Shown: positions 1 through 10,149 of the stretch, piece by piece
Layout: each line of letters begins with the position of its first letter
Numbering within the stretch: the stretch's first letter is position 1
Notes under the pieces: model-generated
The model's input: only the letters and a program-made list of their open reading frames with translations
Told to the model about the DNA's origin: nothing
The model's database searches: none
Program-made: the position numbers and the translations under genes
Assembly (NCBI GenBank): GCA_002753335.1
Contig: PEAD01000003.1
Span: 124,001 to 183,080 of the forward strand
DNA length: 59,080 nucleotides
Source of the DNA: Nitrospirae bacterium MYbin3
GTDB lineage: Bacteria > Nitrospirota > Thermodesulfovibrionia > Thermodesulfovibrionales > Dissulfurispiraceae
Reading direction: 5' to 3'

Positions 1-1392
1 TCAGGCCGCGTTCATCCTGAAGATACTCCGAGATTTATGTCCGAATTAAGGGATGTGTTGTCCAAGGGCGGACATAGCCAGGAATACCGTTTTCTACACA
101 GCGACGGATCGTACCGCTGGATTCGTGACGATATGATACTTGCATGCGCTGAATCAGGCGAACCTGTTGAAATACTTGGGTCATGCATCGATATCACAGA
201 ACACAAAAAAATTGAAGAACAGCTCAGGCAGTCACAGAAAATGGAATCTATAGGAACGCTTGCAGGCGGCGTTGCACATGATTTCAATAATACACTGACA
301 GCAATTATAAGCTATGGCACGCTTGCAAAAAGGCGCATAGACAATGACGAGACAACCCTTGAGTATATAAACGAGATGCTTAATGGAGCAAAGCGTGCTG
401 CAGACCTGACGCAGAGCCTCCTTGCCTTCAGCAGAAAACAGATAATAAGCCCCAAGCTCCAGAACCTTAACAGCATAGTGGCCAATATGGAAAAGATGCT
501 GCGCAGGATTATAGGAGAAGACATAAAATTCAGAGCTGTTCTTGACAGCAGAGATATTAATGTAAAGGTTGATACGGCGCAGATAGATCAGGTGCTTCTG
601 AACCTTGTGACCAATGCCCGTGATGCTATGCCTGATGGCGGCGACCTTATTATAGAAACGAATATTGTGAATAACTGCTCCGAAGTGAATCTTTTAAAAA
701 GCTCAGGGATCTGTGCGGTGTTGAGCGTATCTGATACAGGCAGGGGCATTGACCAGCATGCAATAGATAATATCTTTGAACCATTTTTTACCACAAAGGA
801 GGTCGGCAAGGGCACCGGCCTTGGGTTGTCAATAGTTTACGGCATAGTAAAACAGCATGGCGGTGAGATAGCGGTTGAGAGCAAGATCGGCAAAGGCACA
901 ACTTTTAAAATATATCTGCCTTTAGTGGATGCTGAAGGTGATGAGGAAGAGTCCGAGGCTGATATGCAGGCTCCCTTGGGAAAGGGCGAGACGATTTTGT
1001 TGGCGGATGATGATGCCGGCGTCAGAAAGGTTGTAAATCTGCATCTTACGATGAGCGGGTATAAGGTTATAGAGGCAGAAAACGGTGAAGAAGCTGTATC
1101 TAAATATATCGGAAATTTTCTTGAAAACAAGGAATGGGTGGACCTTCTTCTCATAGATGTGATTATGCCTGTCAAAAACGGTAGGGATGCATACGAAGAG
1201 ATTAAGACGATCAATCCTGATATAAAGGCTATTTTTATGAGCGGCTATACCGACGATATAATTTCGCAAAAAGGGATAGTTCAGGGAGGCTTTAATTTTA
1301 TGTCAAAACCCCCTGACCACGATGAACTGCTGAGAAAGATAAGAACGGTATTGGACAGGCATGACACTGCGTGTACTGCCTTGGGAGCATAA
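1..1392 (+). CDS. Hybrid sensor histidine kinase (PAS/PAC-HisKA-HATPase-REC), 5'-truncated by the window edge
   Basis: Frame is open from base 1 (SGRVHPED, a PAS motif) before the ATG at 37. H-box GGVAHDFNN, N-box NLVTNARDAM, FEPFFTTK, GTGLGL and a C-terminal receiver (LLADDD...IDVIMP...MSGY...KP). Confidence 0.93.
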   Translation, partial: SGRVHPEDTPRFMSELRDVLSKGGHSQEYRFLHSDGSYRWIRDDMILACAESGEPVEILGSCIDITEHKKIEEQLRQSQKMESIGTLAGGVAHDFNNTLTAIISYGTLAKRRIDNDETTLEYINEMLNGAKRAADLTQSLLAFSRKQIISPKLQNLNSIVANMEKMLRRIIGEDIKFRAVLDSRDINVKVDTAQIDQVLLNLVTNARDAMPDGGDLIIETNIVNNCSEVNLLKSSGICAVLSVSDTGRGIDQHAIDNIFEPFFTTKEVGKGTGLGLSIVYGIVKQHGGEIAVESKIGKGTTFKIYLPLVDAEGDEEESEADMQAPLGKGETILLADDDAGVRKVVNLHLTMSGYKVIEAENGEEAVSKYIGNFLENKEWVDLLLIDVIMPVKNGRDAYEEIKTINPDIKAIFMSGYTDDIISQKGIVQGGFNFMSKPPDHDELLRKIRTVLDRHDTACTALGA

Positions 1393-1394
1393 AC

Positions 1395-4300
1395 TTGCAG
1401 ATTGCCGGTTATAAAATAAATAACAAAATTCAGGAAGACGCTCAAAGCATTATCTGCCGAGGTTATAGAGAATACGACAATAGGCCGGTGCTTTTTAAGA
1501 TCGGGAAAAAGCAGCACAGCAGCAATGTTTCTTCTGATGGCATTTATAAATCGTATGAACTTTCGAAGAATCTTGATATTGATGGAATCTTGAAGCCGTA
1601 TGCTGTTGAGTGGCAGAGCGGGGTATCAGCTCTTGTGCTTGAAGATTTCGACGGCAGGCTTTTAAAGAATGCTGTCTCTGATAAATTCTTTGATACAAAA
1701 TCATTTCTGAAAACAGCGATAAATTTGTGTGACGCGCTTTCTTCAATCCATAACCACGACATTATTCATGGCGTCATTAAATCCTCGAATATCTTCATTA
1801 ACCAGGATCTCGGCAATGTAAAGTTTGTTGACCTGGGCCTTGCGATGCTTTTTCAGCGCGGAACACAGATACCGCGCTCCTATTATCCTGTGCTTGGCAC
1901 TGCGGATTATGTGTCGCCCGAGCAGACCGGACGGGTTGACTATCTTGTGGACAGCCGCACAGACCTGTATTCTCTCGGCATAATCTTTTACGAAATGCTT
2001 ACCGGAAGGCTTCCTTTTCTTGCGCGCGATGTTCTCGAAATGATCTCGTGCCATATAGCAAAATTGCCGATTCCTCCTCATGAGCATAATAATGCGATAC
2101 CTGTTGTTCTTTCTGATATCGTCCTGAAGCTGCTCGCAAAATCACCTGATGAAAGGTATCAGAGCGCGTATGGATTGAAGTCTGATTTGAAGAAATGTCT
2201 TGATGATTTCGATAACCATCGAAATGTTGAAGCTTTTCCTTTAGGAAGATTGGACGCCTCAATCACCCTGCCGATTTCATCAAGGCTCTATGGTCGTGAA
2301 AACGAGCTTATGCTGCTTTCTGAGGCCTTTGACCGTTCGTGCAAAAAGCGGTCTGAGGTGATGCTTGTCGCCGGGTATTCCGGAATAGGCAAGTCTTTGC
2401 TGGTAAATGAACTTTATAAAGATGTAATTAAAACTGACGGATTCTTTATTTCGGGCAAGTTCGATCAGTATAAACGCAACATCCCTTACAGCGCATTGAT
2501 AGAGGCTTTTAACAGCCTAATTCAAAAGATACTGTCATCTGATGAAACTAAACTGAGATCATGGAAAGCCGGCATTGAAAAGGCGTTAGGCGCAGATGGA
2601 GCGATTATCACAGAAATTCTTCCTGATCTGGAGTTTGTTATAGGCAGGCAGCCGGCTGTTCAGCAGCTTCCGGCAAAGGAGGCGCAGTACAGGTTCCATC
2701 TGGTATTTAGAAAATTCATGTCTGTTTTTGCAACCAGCGAGCATCCATTGGCCCTGTTCCTTGATGACCTGCAATGGGCGGATGCCGCAACACTTAAACT
2801 GATCAAATACCTTACTGCTGACGCTCCATCCAAGGCGGTGCTTTTTATCGCTGCATACAGGGACAACGAGGTTTCTCCAGAGCATCCTGTCATAAAGAGC
2901 GTAATAGCGATGAAGGAGGCGGGGGCTGTTGTAAATACCATAGAACTGCAGCCTATAAAGACCGGAAGCATTAAAAAATTGCTTTCTGACACCTTAAATT
3001 GCGGCGAAGATAAAGTTGAATCCCTCTCCTCTCTCATAATGAATAAGACAGGCGGCAATCCCTATTTTCTGCACCAGTTTCTTAAGGCGCTTTATGCCAA
3101 GAAGCTTTTGGGTTTTGATTCCGATTCACGGCTCTGGACATGGAACGAAAATAAGATAAAAGAAATAGAAAGCACAGAAAATGTGCTCGAAATGATATTC
3201 GTCAGGATAAACGAACTTTCTACAGAAGCCCGTGAGTTTATCAGCATCGCATCCTGTATGGGCAATACATTCGATCTGCAGGTCCTCGCAGATATAAGGG
3301 ACAGATCCGAAGCAGAAACTTTTTCTGCTGTCTTTGAGTTAATAAATATGGGTCTTATAACATCAGGTCTTTTTTCAAGAAAAGGCACTATCAAGAACAT
3401 AACAGAAGCAAGCATTAGCAAAAAAAGCTTAGCGTTCAGATTTTCTCACGACCGCGTGCAGCAGGCCGCCTATACGCTGCTTCCAAAATCTAAACGGGCA
3501 GAGACTCATCTGAAGATAGCCAATTATATGATCGCTCACTCGGAAGAAGATGAGTTTGAGGACTCTATATTTGAGGTGGCAAACCAGTTTAATAACAGCA
3601 TCGACTTGATAACAGAACAGGACTATAAACATAAGGTCTCGAAGCTGTATCTTACCGCCGCGCTCAAGGCAAAGGCCGCAACCGCTTATGAACCTGCATT
3701 GAGGTACATAAAAACAGGCATGTTGTTGCTGCCGCCCGAAAGCTGGACAAGCGACTATGAGCTTACTTTTTTATTTCAGATAACGCGGGCAGAATGCGAA
3801 TACCTGAACGGCCATTTTGATGATTCCGATGCTGTGCTTTCGGATATTTTTAGGCATGCGCGCTCTAATCTCGATAATGCAAGGGCTTACGAGATAAAGA
3901 TCAATCTCTATAACAATCAGGACAGGATGAAAGATGCTGTTGAGATAGGGCTGGATGCGCTAAGGCTTTTCGGTATAGACCTGCCTGATAATCAGGAAGA
4001 TATAGGCAGAGCGCTTGAAGCGGAAGCTAACGAAGCGAAAGGTAATCTTTTAAATTACAAGATAGAGGACATTGTTGATCTTCCTCAAATGACCGATTCC
4101 GAAATGCAGACAGCTATTAGTATTCTTGTGATGCTCAGCCCGCCCGCATATCAGTACAATCCCGATTTGTGGGTATTGAGCGTGATAAAAATGTTCAATA
4201 TATCTATCAAGCATGGCAATTCACCGAAATCGTCATACGGCTATATGGCTTATGCAATAATTCTTGGTTCGGGCTTCGGAGATTACGAGTCTTCATACAG

Positions 4301-6707
4301 GATAGGGCTTATGGCATTGGAGCTGAACAAGCGCATCAACGAGGCAACATTAACCGCTAAGCTGCCTTTTCTTTTCGGTAATTTCGTTGCGCATTGGAGA
4401 GTGCATGGCAGGCATTCACAGGAGTATTTGTCGCAGGGATTCCGCTACGGTTCTGAATACGGCGATTTTTTGTATATGGGATATGCCGCCTTTCATCTTC
4501 TGAGGAACAGGCTGCTTTTAGGGGAAAATCTGGATGAGATTTATCAGGGCGCTGCAAAGACGCTAGATCTTCTTATAAGGTCAAAAGACCATAATACTGT
4601 TTCGTATGTAATAAATATGCAGCTTATAAAAAATCTGCAGGGATTCACAGCAAGCGCATACAGCCTGAGCGATGAGACTTTTGATGAGTCTAAGGTTTTA
4701 GAAGAAATAAGAAGCGGCAGCAATTTTACGACGCTCTGTTATTATCTTCTCGCCAAAGCGCAGATATTCTATCTTACCGGAAAGTATCAGGAAGCTATTA
4801 CCGCCGCTTCGGAGATGGAAGACAATATAAAGGCGATGATTGGAAAATTCGACCTCGGAGAGTTCTATATATACTATGCGCTTTCGATCACATCTCTTTA
4901 CGCTTCTGCTGACAGAAAAAAGCAGAAGGCATATTTTGAGAGGCTTAAGCAGATTAAAGATAAGCTCAGACTGTATGCGGATAATTGCCCTGATAACTTT
5001 AAGCATATCGAGCTTCTTGTTGATGCAGAGATGTCGGCGCTTAAGGTCGGAAAGCAAAAAACGATCAGTATGTACGAGTCTGCAATAGAGTTAGCGGTCA
5101 AGAACGGTTATCTTCATCATGCTGCAATGGTTTATGAGCGCGCTGCTTTGCATTCCGAAGCAGAAGGGATGAAAATAACTGCCGGACTATACAGGGATGA
5201 GGCGATCAAAGGCTACCGTAGGTGGGGAGCTCACTCAAAGGTTAGCGCGATGCAGGCATCAGGAGAAACTTCAGGAATAGTAAATGGCGGGGCAGTACAG
5301 ATGAATGCTGCAGAATTTTCGTTGTCTAATCTGGATCTGCTGACCGTTACAAAATCATTGAATGCCATTTCGAGCAGCATAGATATGAAGGATCTGATAA
5401 AAAAACTTATAGATATTACGATCGAGAATGTGGGGGCACAAAAAGGATCATTGCTGCTCAAAGATGAAAAAGATGAAAAAGATGAAAAAGATGAAAAAGA
5501 TGAAAAAGATGAAAAAGATGAAAAAGATGAAAAAGATGAAAAAGAATTTGTTTTGATTGCGGAATGGAGCGGAGATAAGAATTATACTGACCAGATGCCT
5601 TCCGGAAGGCTTGCTGAGCTTGTTCCTGAGTCGTTGATAAAATATACCGCAAGAACCGGACGCGGAATAATTCTGGATAAAACTCACAACAAGGAGCAGT
5701 TTAGCAAAGACCCGTACATAATAAAAAACAGCCCCAAGTCAGTTTTGTCCATGCCCTTAATCTATAACGAAAAACTGTTAGGTGTGCTTTATCTTGAGAA
5801 TAATCTTTTAGACAAAGCTTTCAGTCCTGAGCGCTTCTCTTTGCTTCAGGTTTTGTCAGTCCAGATAGCTGTTTCTCTTGAGAATGCCAGACTTTATACA
5901 AATTTAAAAGAGAGCGAATCTATCAGGCATACGCAGATGGAGCTTTCGCCGGATGGAATTCTTGTGGTTGATAAAAATGGCAGAATAATATTGACCAATG
6001 ACCGCTTTTTGGAAATGTGGGGCATCCCACCCGAGATATCAAAGCTTAAATCTGATGAAAAGTCTATTCAGTTTGTTTTGAATAAGGTGGTTAACCCAAA
6101 GGGATTTATAAAAAAAGTGAATCAACTATACGATAAAAAATCTGAGATGAGCACTGATGAGATAGAGCTTAAGGATGGCAGGATTTTTGAGCGCTATTCC
6201 GCGCCAATGGTGATCGCTGATGAAGAATATAATGGCAGAATCTGGTATTTCAGGGATGTAACAGAACGCAGGCGGGCAGAAAAAGATTTAGAGGAGACCA
6301 ACAGCGCGCTTAAGGTTCTGCTGAACCAAAGAGAAGGTGATAAGGTGGAGCTGGAGGAAAAGATAGCTTCAAACATAAAGCTTCTGATAATGCCGCATCT
6401 CGAAAAAGCAAAGAAAAGTTCTGACGGAAAAGACAGCTCAATTTATCTCAAGATACTTGAGTCGAATTTAAATGAAATGGTATCACCTTTCACCCAAAAG
6501 ATGTCTTCGGCTCAAGCAGGGCTGACCCCAAGAGAGATAGCTGTTGCCGGTATGATAAAGGATGGATATCAGGATAAAGATATTTCTGAAGTGCTAAAAG
6601 TATCTGTTGAAACGGTAAAAGCGCACAGGAAGAATATCAGGGAAAAGCTTGGAATTAAAGGGAAAAAGGTTAATCTCACCTCTTTTCTTGCGCAGATGTC
6701 AAAGTAG
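1395..6707 (+). CDS. Multidomain regulator: Ser/Thr kinase-like domain, P-loop ATPase, helical region, GAF, PAS, C-terminal LuxR HTH
   Basis: Kinase-fold motifs DLG, GTADYVSPEQTGR, DLYSLG; Walker A GYSGIGKS; Walker B LFLDDLQWAD; GAF (LGVLYLEN...ENARLY); PAS; LuxR tail LTPREIAVA...TVKAHRKNIREKLG. TTG at 1395 after GGGAG is preferred to the GTG at 1371. Confidence 0.88.
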   Translation: MQIAGYKINNKIQEDAQSIICRGYREYDNRPVLFKIGKKQHSSNVSSDGIYKSYELSKNLDIDGILKPYAVEWQSGVSALVLEDFDGRLLKNAVSDKFFDTKSFLKTAINLCDALSSIHNHDIIHGVIKSSNIFINQDLGNVKFVDLGLAMLFQRGTQIPRSYYPVLGTADYVSPEQTGRVDYLVDSRTDLYSLGIIFYEMLTGRLPFLARDVLEMISCHIAKLPIPPHEHNNAIPVVLSDIVLKLLAKSPDERYQSAYGLKSDLKKCLDDFDNHRNVEAFPLGRLDASITLPISSRLYGRENELMLLSEAFDRSCKKRSEVMLVAGYSGIGKSLLVNELYKDVIKTDGFFISGKFDQYKRNIPYSALIEAFNSLIQKILSSDETKLRSWKAGIEKALGADGAIITEILPDLEFVIGRQPAVQQLPAKEAQYRFHLVFRKFMSVFATSEHPLALFLDDLQWADAATLKLIKYLTADAPSKAVLFIAAYRDNEVSPEHPVIKSVIAMKEAGAVVNTIELQPIKTGSIKKLLSDTLNCGEDKVESLSSLIMNKTGGNPYFLHQFLKALYAKKLLGFDSDSRLWTWNENKIKEIESTENVLEMIFVRINELSTEAREFISIASCMGNTFDLQVLADIRDRSEAETFSAVFELINMGLITSGLFSRKGTIKNITEASISKKSLAFRFSHDRVQQAAYTLLPKSKRAETHLKIANYMIAHSEEDEFEDSIFEVANQFNNSIDLITEQDYKHKVSKLYLTAALKAKAATAYEPALRYIKTGMLLLPPESWTSDYELTFLFQITRAECEYLNGHFDDSDAVLSDIFRHARSNLDNARAYEIKINLYNNQDRMKDAVEIGLDALRLFGIDLPDNQEDIGRALEAEANEAKGNLLNYKIEDIVDLPQMTDSEMQTAISILVMLSPPAYQYNPDLWVLSVIKMFNISIKHGNSPKSSYGYMAYAIILGSGFGDYESSYRIGLMALELNKRINEATLTAKLPFLFGNFVAHWRVHGRHSQEYLSQGFRYGSEYGDFLYMGYAAFHLLRNRLLLGENLDEIYQGAAKTLDLLIRSKDHNTVSYVINMQLIKNLQGFTASAYSLSDETFDESKVLEEIRSGSNFTTLCYYLLAKAQIFYLTGKYQEAITAASEMEDNIKAMIGKFDLGEFYIYYALSITSLYASADRKKQKAYFERLKQIKDKLRLYADNCPDNFKHIELLVDAEMSALKVGKQKTISMYESAIELAVKNGYLHHAAMVYERAALHSEAEGMKITAGLYRDEAIKGYRRWGAHSKVSAMQASGETSGIVNGGAVQMNAAEFSLSNLDLLTVTKSLNAISSSIDMKDLIKKLIDITIENVGAQKGSLLLKDEKDEKDEKDEKDEKDEKDEKDEKDEKEFVLIAEWSGDKNYTDQMPSGRLAELVPESLIKYTARTGRGIILDKTHNKEQFSKDPYIIKNSPKSVLSMPLIYNEKLLGVLYLENNLLDKAFSPERFSLLQVLSVQIAVSLENARLYTNLKESESIRHTQMELSPDGILVVDKNGRIILTNDRFLEMWGIPPEISKLKSDEKSIQFVLNKVVNPKGFIKKVNQLYDKKSEMSTDEIELKDGRIFERYSAPMVIADEEYNGRIWYFRDVTERRRAEKDLEETNSALKVLLNQREGDKVELEEKIASNIKLLIMPHLEKAKKSSDGKDSSIYLKILESNLNEMVSPFTQKMSSAQAGLTPREIAVAGMIKDGYQDKDISEVLKVSVETVKAHRKNIREKLGIKGKKVNLTSFLAQMSK
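5460..5545 (+). repeat. Perfect 9-bp tandem repeat (AAAGATGAA)x9 plus a partial unit, in frame, encoding (KDE)9
   Basis: Read directly from the sequence; the translation shows KDE nine times inside the GAF domain. Confidence 0.97.
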
Positions 6708-6817
6708 TTATTTAGGCTAACCATTTAGTCCCCAAATTTTTATTCTTGTAAATTAGCCCGCATGTTATTAATATTACTATGTGTTTTTATTTGTTAATCA
6801 AGGAGGTTTCTCCATAT

Positions 6818-7066
6818 ATGAAAACTATCAGGATTAACGAGGCGTTGGTTTTGTTGTTCGAGAATATTCAGGCGGTCTTAGGTGAATCTGCAAACATATT
6901 GGGGAAAGATCAGATTTCTGAAAAGCAAAGAAGAGAGATGATAAGCTGCTTTCTTAAGCTTCAAGAGAATCTCGACAAGGTAAAAGATTGCATTTCAAGT
7001 ATCGAGATAGCGGCATCCGCAAAACCTGATTTGCCTAATGACGTTATAACTTATGGAAAGAACTAA
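6818..7066 (+). CDS. Small hypothetical protein (82 aa)
   Basis: ATG at 6818 preceded by AGGAGG (6801-6806); no family recognised. Confidence 0.6.
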   Translation: MKTIRINEALVLLFENIQAVLGESANILGKDQISEKQRREMISCFLKLQENLDKVKDCISSIEIAASAKPDLPNDVITYGKN

Positions 7067-7126
7067 AAATAATAAATTTTGAAGCCGGGCTTTAGTTCCG
7101 GCAAATTTAATTATCGGGGGAAGAAA

Positions 7127-7402
7127 ATGACAAAGGCAGAAATGATCGAGAAGGCAGCAAAAGATAGCGGTATGACTAAGGCTGCTGCTGCAAAGGCTAT
7201 TGATTCGGTGTTTAGCCAGATAGCCGCCAATTTGAAAAAGGGAAAGTCTGTAATGCTGTCAGGCTTCGGCACCTTCAGGATCACAAAGAGAAAAGCGAGA
7301 AATGGGAGAAATCCGAGAAACGGCGCTGCCATTAAAATAGCTGCGAGCAAGACCGTAAAATTCAGCGCTTCCGGCCTGCTGAAAAAAACATTAAACAAAT
7401 AA
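7127..7402 (+). CDS. hup: DNA-binding protein HU
   Basis: MTKAEMIE...GFGTF...ARNGRNPRNG...VKFSAS, the HU/IHF signature; ATG at 7127. Confidence 0.93.
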   Translation: MTKAEMIEKAAKDSGMTKAAAAKAIDSVFSQIAANLKKGKSVMLSGFGTFRITKRKARNGRNPRNGAAIKIAASKTVKFSASGLLKKTLNK

Positions 7403-7454
7403 GCGTCGGAAGCATTTGCGGTGAAGAGTATAAAAATTAAGCCCTTTCCCCGCT

Positions 7455-7500
7455 GCAGGCAGCGGATGCAGTTATTGTCCGTTGCCTGCGCTTTCTTCTT
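7455..7500 (+). terminator. Probable intrinsic terminator downstream of hup
   Basis: Stem GCAGGCAGCGGA (7455-7466) / TCCGTTGCCTGC (7478-7489) with one G-U pair, followed by a T-rich tract. Confidence 0.6.
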
Positions 7501-7526
7501 CTGCACAGGCCTGCCGGAGGTGATAG

Positions 7527-10106
7527 ATGCCGTTTACATTTAAGCATAACACTACGCAAAACCTGATAAGGATTGTGGCTATAGTGACGGTTTTGTCGCT
7601 CGTTGCGTTGCCTGCCTATGTTTTCTGGTTTTTATATCCTTCGTTCGTAGAATACATAACAGAAGAAACCGAGCATGAGACCGTAAGCATCGCAAACCAT
7701 ATAGCGCTGGAGCTTATTCCCCCCAAAGCAGAAATAAATAAAATATTTTTCCCGGACGAAAGAATAAAGCAGTACCAGAAAGACTTTAACATAAAAAAAA
7801 TGAGGGTTTTTCTGCCTGATGGCCTGCTGGTTTACTCGACTAATCCCAAAGAGATCGGGACCCGCAATAAGGCGGACTATTTTCAATCAGTGGTTGCAAA
7901 AGGGCAGGTATTTTCAAAGGTGGTCAAAAAAAATATGCCGACCTATTCCGGAGGCCTAGCAGCTACCGATATTGTTGAAACGTATGTGCCGATTATAAGA
8001 GAAGAAAAGTTCATAGGCGCGTTTGAGATTTATTATGATTTCAAAGAGAGGAAAGCGGGGCTGGATAGGTTGATAGCATATTCTTATACCGCCGTCTTTG
8101 CGATTATCTGCGCTATTCTTGCGGTCTTATTTGTCTTGCTGCAGCATGCCCGCAGGATAGAAAAAGAGCGGAGCCGTATGGAAGAGGCAAATAAGGAGCT
8201 GGGGCTTGAAATACAGGAGCGGAGAAAGTTAGAGGCGATAATAACCGAATCAAAAAATGACTGGGAATATACATTCAACGCTATTGCTGACGCGGTGACA
8301 ATACATGGTGCGGATTATAGCATCATAAGGGCCAACAAGGCCGCTGAGGTGATGTTTAAAATCTCCCCTGAAGTCAGGTCTCCCAAATGCTATGAACTTC
8401 TGCACAATGTGGCGTGTCCGGTTGCCGGTTGTCTGGGAGCGGAGGCGATGCGAACCAGTAAGCCGTGCCAAAGAGAGATATATGAAGATAGGCTCAATAA
8501 ATTTTTTGAAATTTCTGCATATCCTAAATTCGACAATTTTGGCAGGATTCAGGGGTTTGTTCATATCATAAGAGACATAACCGAATTTAAGAATGCCCAG
8601 ACAAAGCTTATTAAGGCTTATATGACCACAAAGGAAATTACCGATTATGCTCCGTTTGGAATTTATGTTGTTGCATCGGATGGACAGATAGAGTATGTGA
8701 ACAACGCAATGCTCGATATATCAGGTACCACAGAAGAGTCGTTTAAGTCGATGAACATATTCAATCTGCCATCATATTCAGGAACATCGCTTGTAGAAAA
8801 TATACAAGCCGGACTTAATGGTGAAAGCTTTAAACTTGAGAATCTGAAATTCACCTCTTATTTCGGCAGAAAGACTACGATACGCAATTTTACCGGAATC
8901 CCTATAGATGAGGGCGGCAATAAAAAGCTTCTTGTGATAGTTGAGGATATTACCGAGCGCTCCAAACTGACTGCACAGCTTTTTCAGTCGCAGAAGATGG
9001 AGGTGCTCGGCAGGCTGGCCGGAGGTGTTGCCCATGACTTCAACAATATTCTGACCGGAATATCCGGATATGCCGATCTGGAGAGAAATAAACTAATAGG
9101 TATTAGCAGAGACACAAAATATCTTGACAATATAAGGGAGTTGACAGATAAAGCGGCTAAGCTTACCAAGAACCTACTGTCATTCAGCAGAAAAAAAGAG
9201 ATAGAGATGTCGGTGATAGATTTGTTAGTTGTTGTCACGGGTTTTGAGAAGATGATAGAGCGCATAATAGGATCTGATATCAAGATGAAAATACATATGC
9301 CGGACTCTCCTATTAATATTATGGGGGATGCTGGGCAGATAGAGCAGGTGCTTATGAACCTTGCAACCAATGCCCGTGACGCTATGCCGGGCGGAGGGTT
9401 GATCAGTATAACAGTTGATAAAGTCAAACTTGCCGAAAGCTCTAGTCTGAAAAAAAACATGGCGAATCAAAATTGTGTTCTTATAACTTTCAGCGACAGC
9501 GGTACGGGAATTGACAAGGAATCGGCAGCACAAATATTCGAACCATTTTTCACAACAAAAGAAGAGGGCAAAGGAACAGGGCTTGGGCTTTCGATCGTTT
9601 ATGGCATCGTAAAACAGCACAACGGTGTTATTGATGTTTACAGCGAGCCCGGGCAGGGAACCACATTCAAGATATATCTGCCTTTGACAGAGAATTCAAC
9701 AAAAAAGGAAACCGCGGGGAGGGTTATGCTGCCTGTGAACGGCAACGGGAAGACAGTTCTGTTGGCGGATGACGATCCACATGTGAGGAATGTATTGCGA
9801 TGCGCTCTCGAAACAGCCTCTTTCAATGTTATAGAGGCTGAAGATGGGGATGAGGCGGTTCATCTTTTTGTCAGAAGGCAGGAGGAGATCACGATTTTTC
9901 TGTCTGATGTGATGATGCCAAAGAAGAACGGATTTGAAGCGCATACCGAGATAAAAAAAATTAACCCCAAAATCAAAACCATGTTTATAAGCGGCTACTC
10001 ACCAGATTTGGTAAAGCATAAAATGATTGCTGAAGATAACTGCAGGGTCTTGATGAAGCCTGTTTCTCCGATAGATCTGCTTAAACATATAGGTGAAATG
10101 CTGTAG
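7527..10106 (+). CDS. Membrane-bound hybrid histidine kinase (2 TM, extracytoplasmic domain, 2 PAS, HisKA, HATPase, REC)
   Basis: Two hydrophobic segments, GGVAHDFNN, NARDAM, GTGLGL and a receiver (LLADDD...SDVMMP...KP). Confidence 0.92.
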   Translation: MPFTFKHNTTQNLIRIVAIVTVLSLVALPAYVFWFLYPSFVEYITEETEHETVSIANHIALELIPPKAEINKIFFPDERIKQYQKDFNIKKMRVFLPDGLLVYSTNPKEIGTRNKADYFQSVVAKGQVFSKVVKKNMPTYSGGLAATDIVETYVPIIREEKFIGAFEIYYDFKERKAGLDRLIAYSYTAVFAIICAILAVLFVLLQHARRIEKERSRMEEANKELGLEIQERRKLEAIITESKNDWEYTFNAIADAVTIHGADYSIIRANKAAEVMFKISPEVRSPKCYELLHNVACPVAGCLGAEAMRTSKPCQREIYEDRLNKFFEISAYPKFDNFGRIQGFVHIIRDITEFKNAQTKLIKAYMTTKEITDYAPFGIYVVASDGQIEYVNNAMLDISGTTEESFKSMNIFNLPSYSGTSLVENIQAGLNGESFKLENLKFTSYFGRKTTIRNFTGIPIDEGGNKKLLVIVEDITERSKLTAQLFQSQKMEVLGRLAGGVAHDFNNILTGISGYADLERNKLIGISRDTKYLDNIRELTDKAAKLTKNLLSFSRKKEIEMSVIDLLVVVTGFEKMIERIIGSDIKMKIHMPDSPINIMGDAGQIEQVLMNLATNARDAMPGGGLISITVDKVKLAESSSLKKNMANQNCVLITFSDSGTGIDKESAAQIFEPFFTTKEEGKGTGLGLSIVYGIVKQHNGVIDVYSEPGQGTTFKIYLPLTENSTKKETAGRVMLPVNGNGKTVLLADDDPHVRNVLRCALETASFNVIEAEDGDEAVHLFVRRQEEITIFLSDVMMPKKNGFEAHTEIKKINPKIKTMFISGYSPDLVKHKMIAEDNCRVLMKPVSPIDLLKHIGEML

Positions 10107-10149
10107 AGAATGGTGTGATAGAAAATCAAATTGCTTTCTGGGAGGGGTA

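Noticed and set aside
5460..5545. CRISPR array
   Set aside because: The 9-bp units have no spacers, lie in frame within a CDS, and no cas genes are present.
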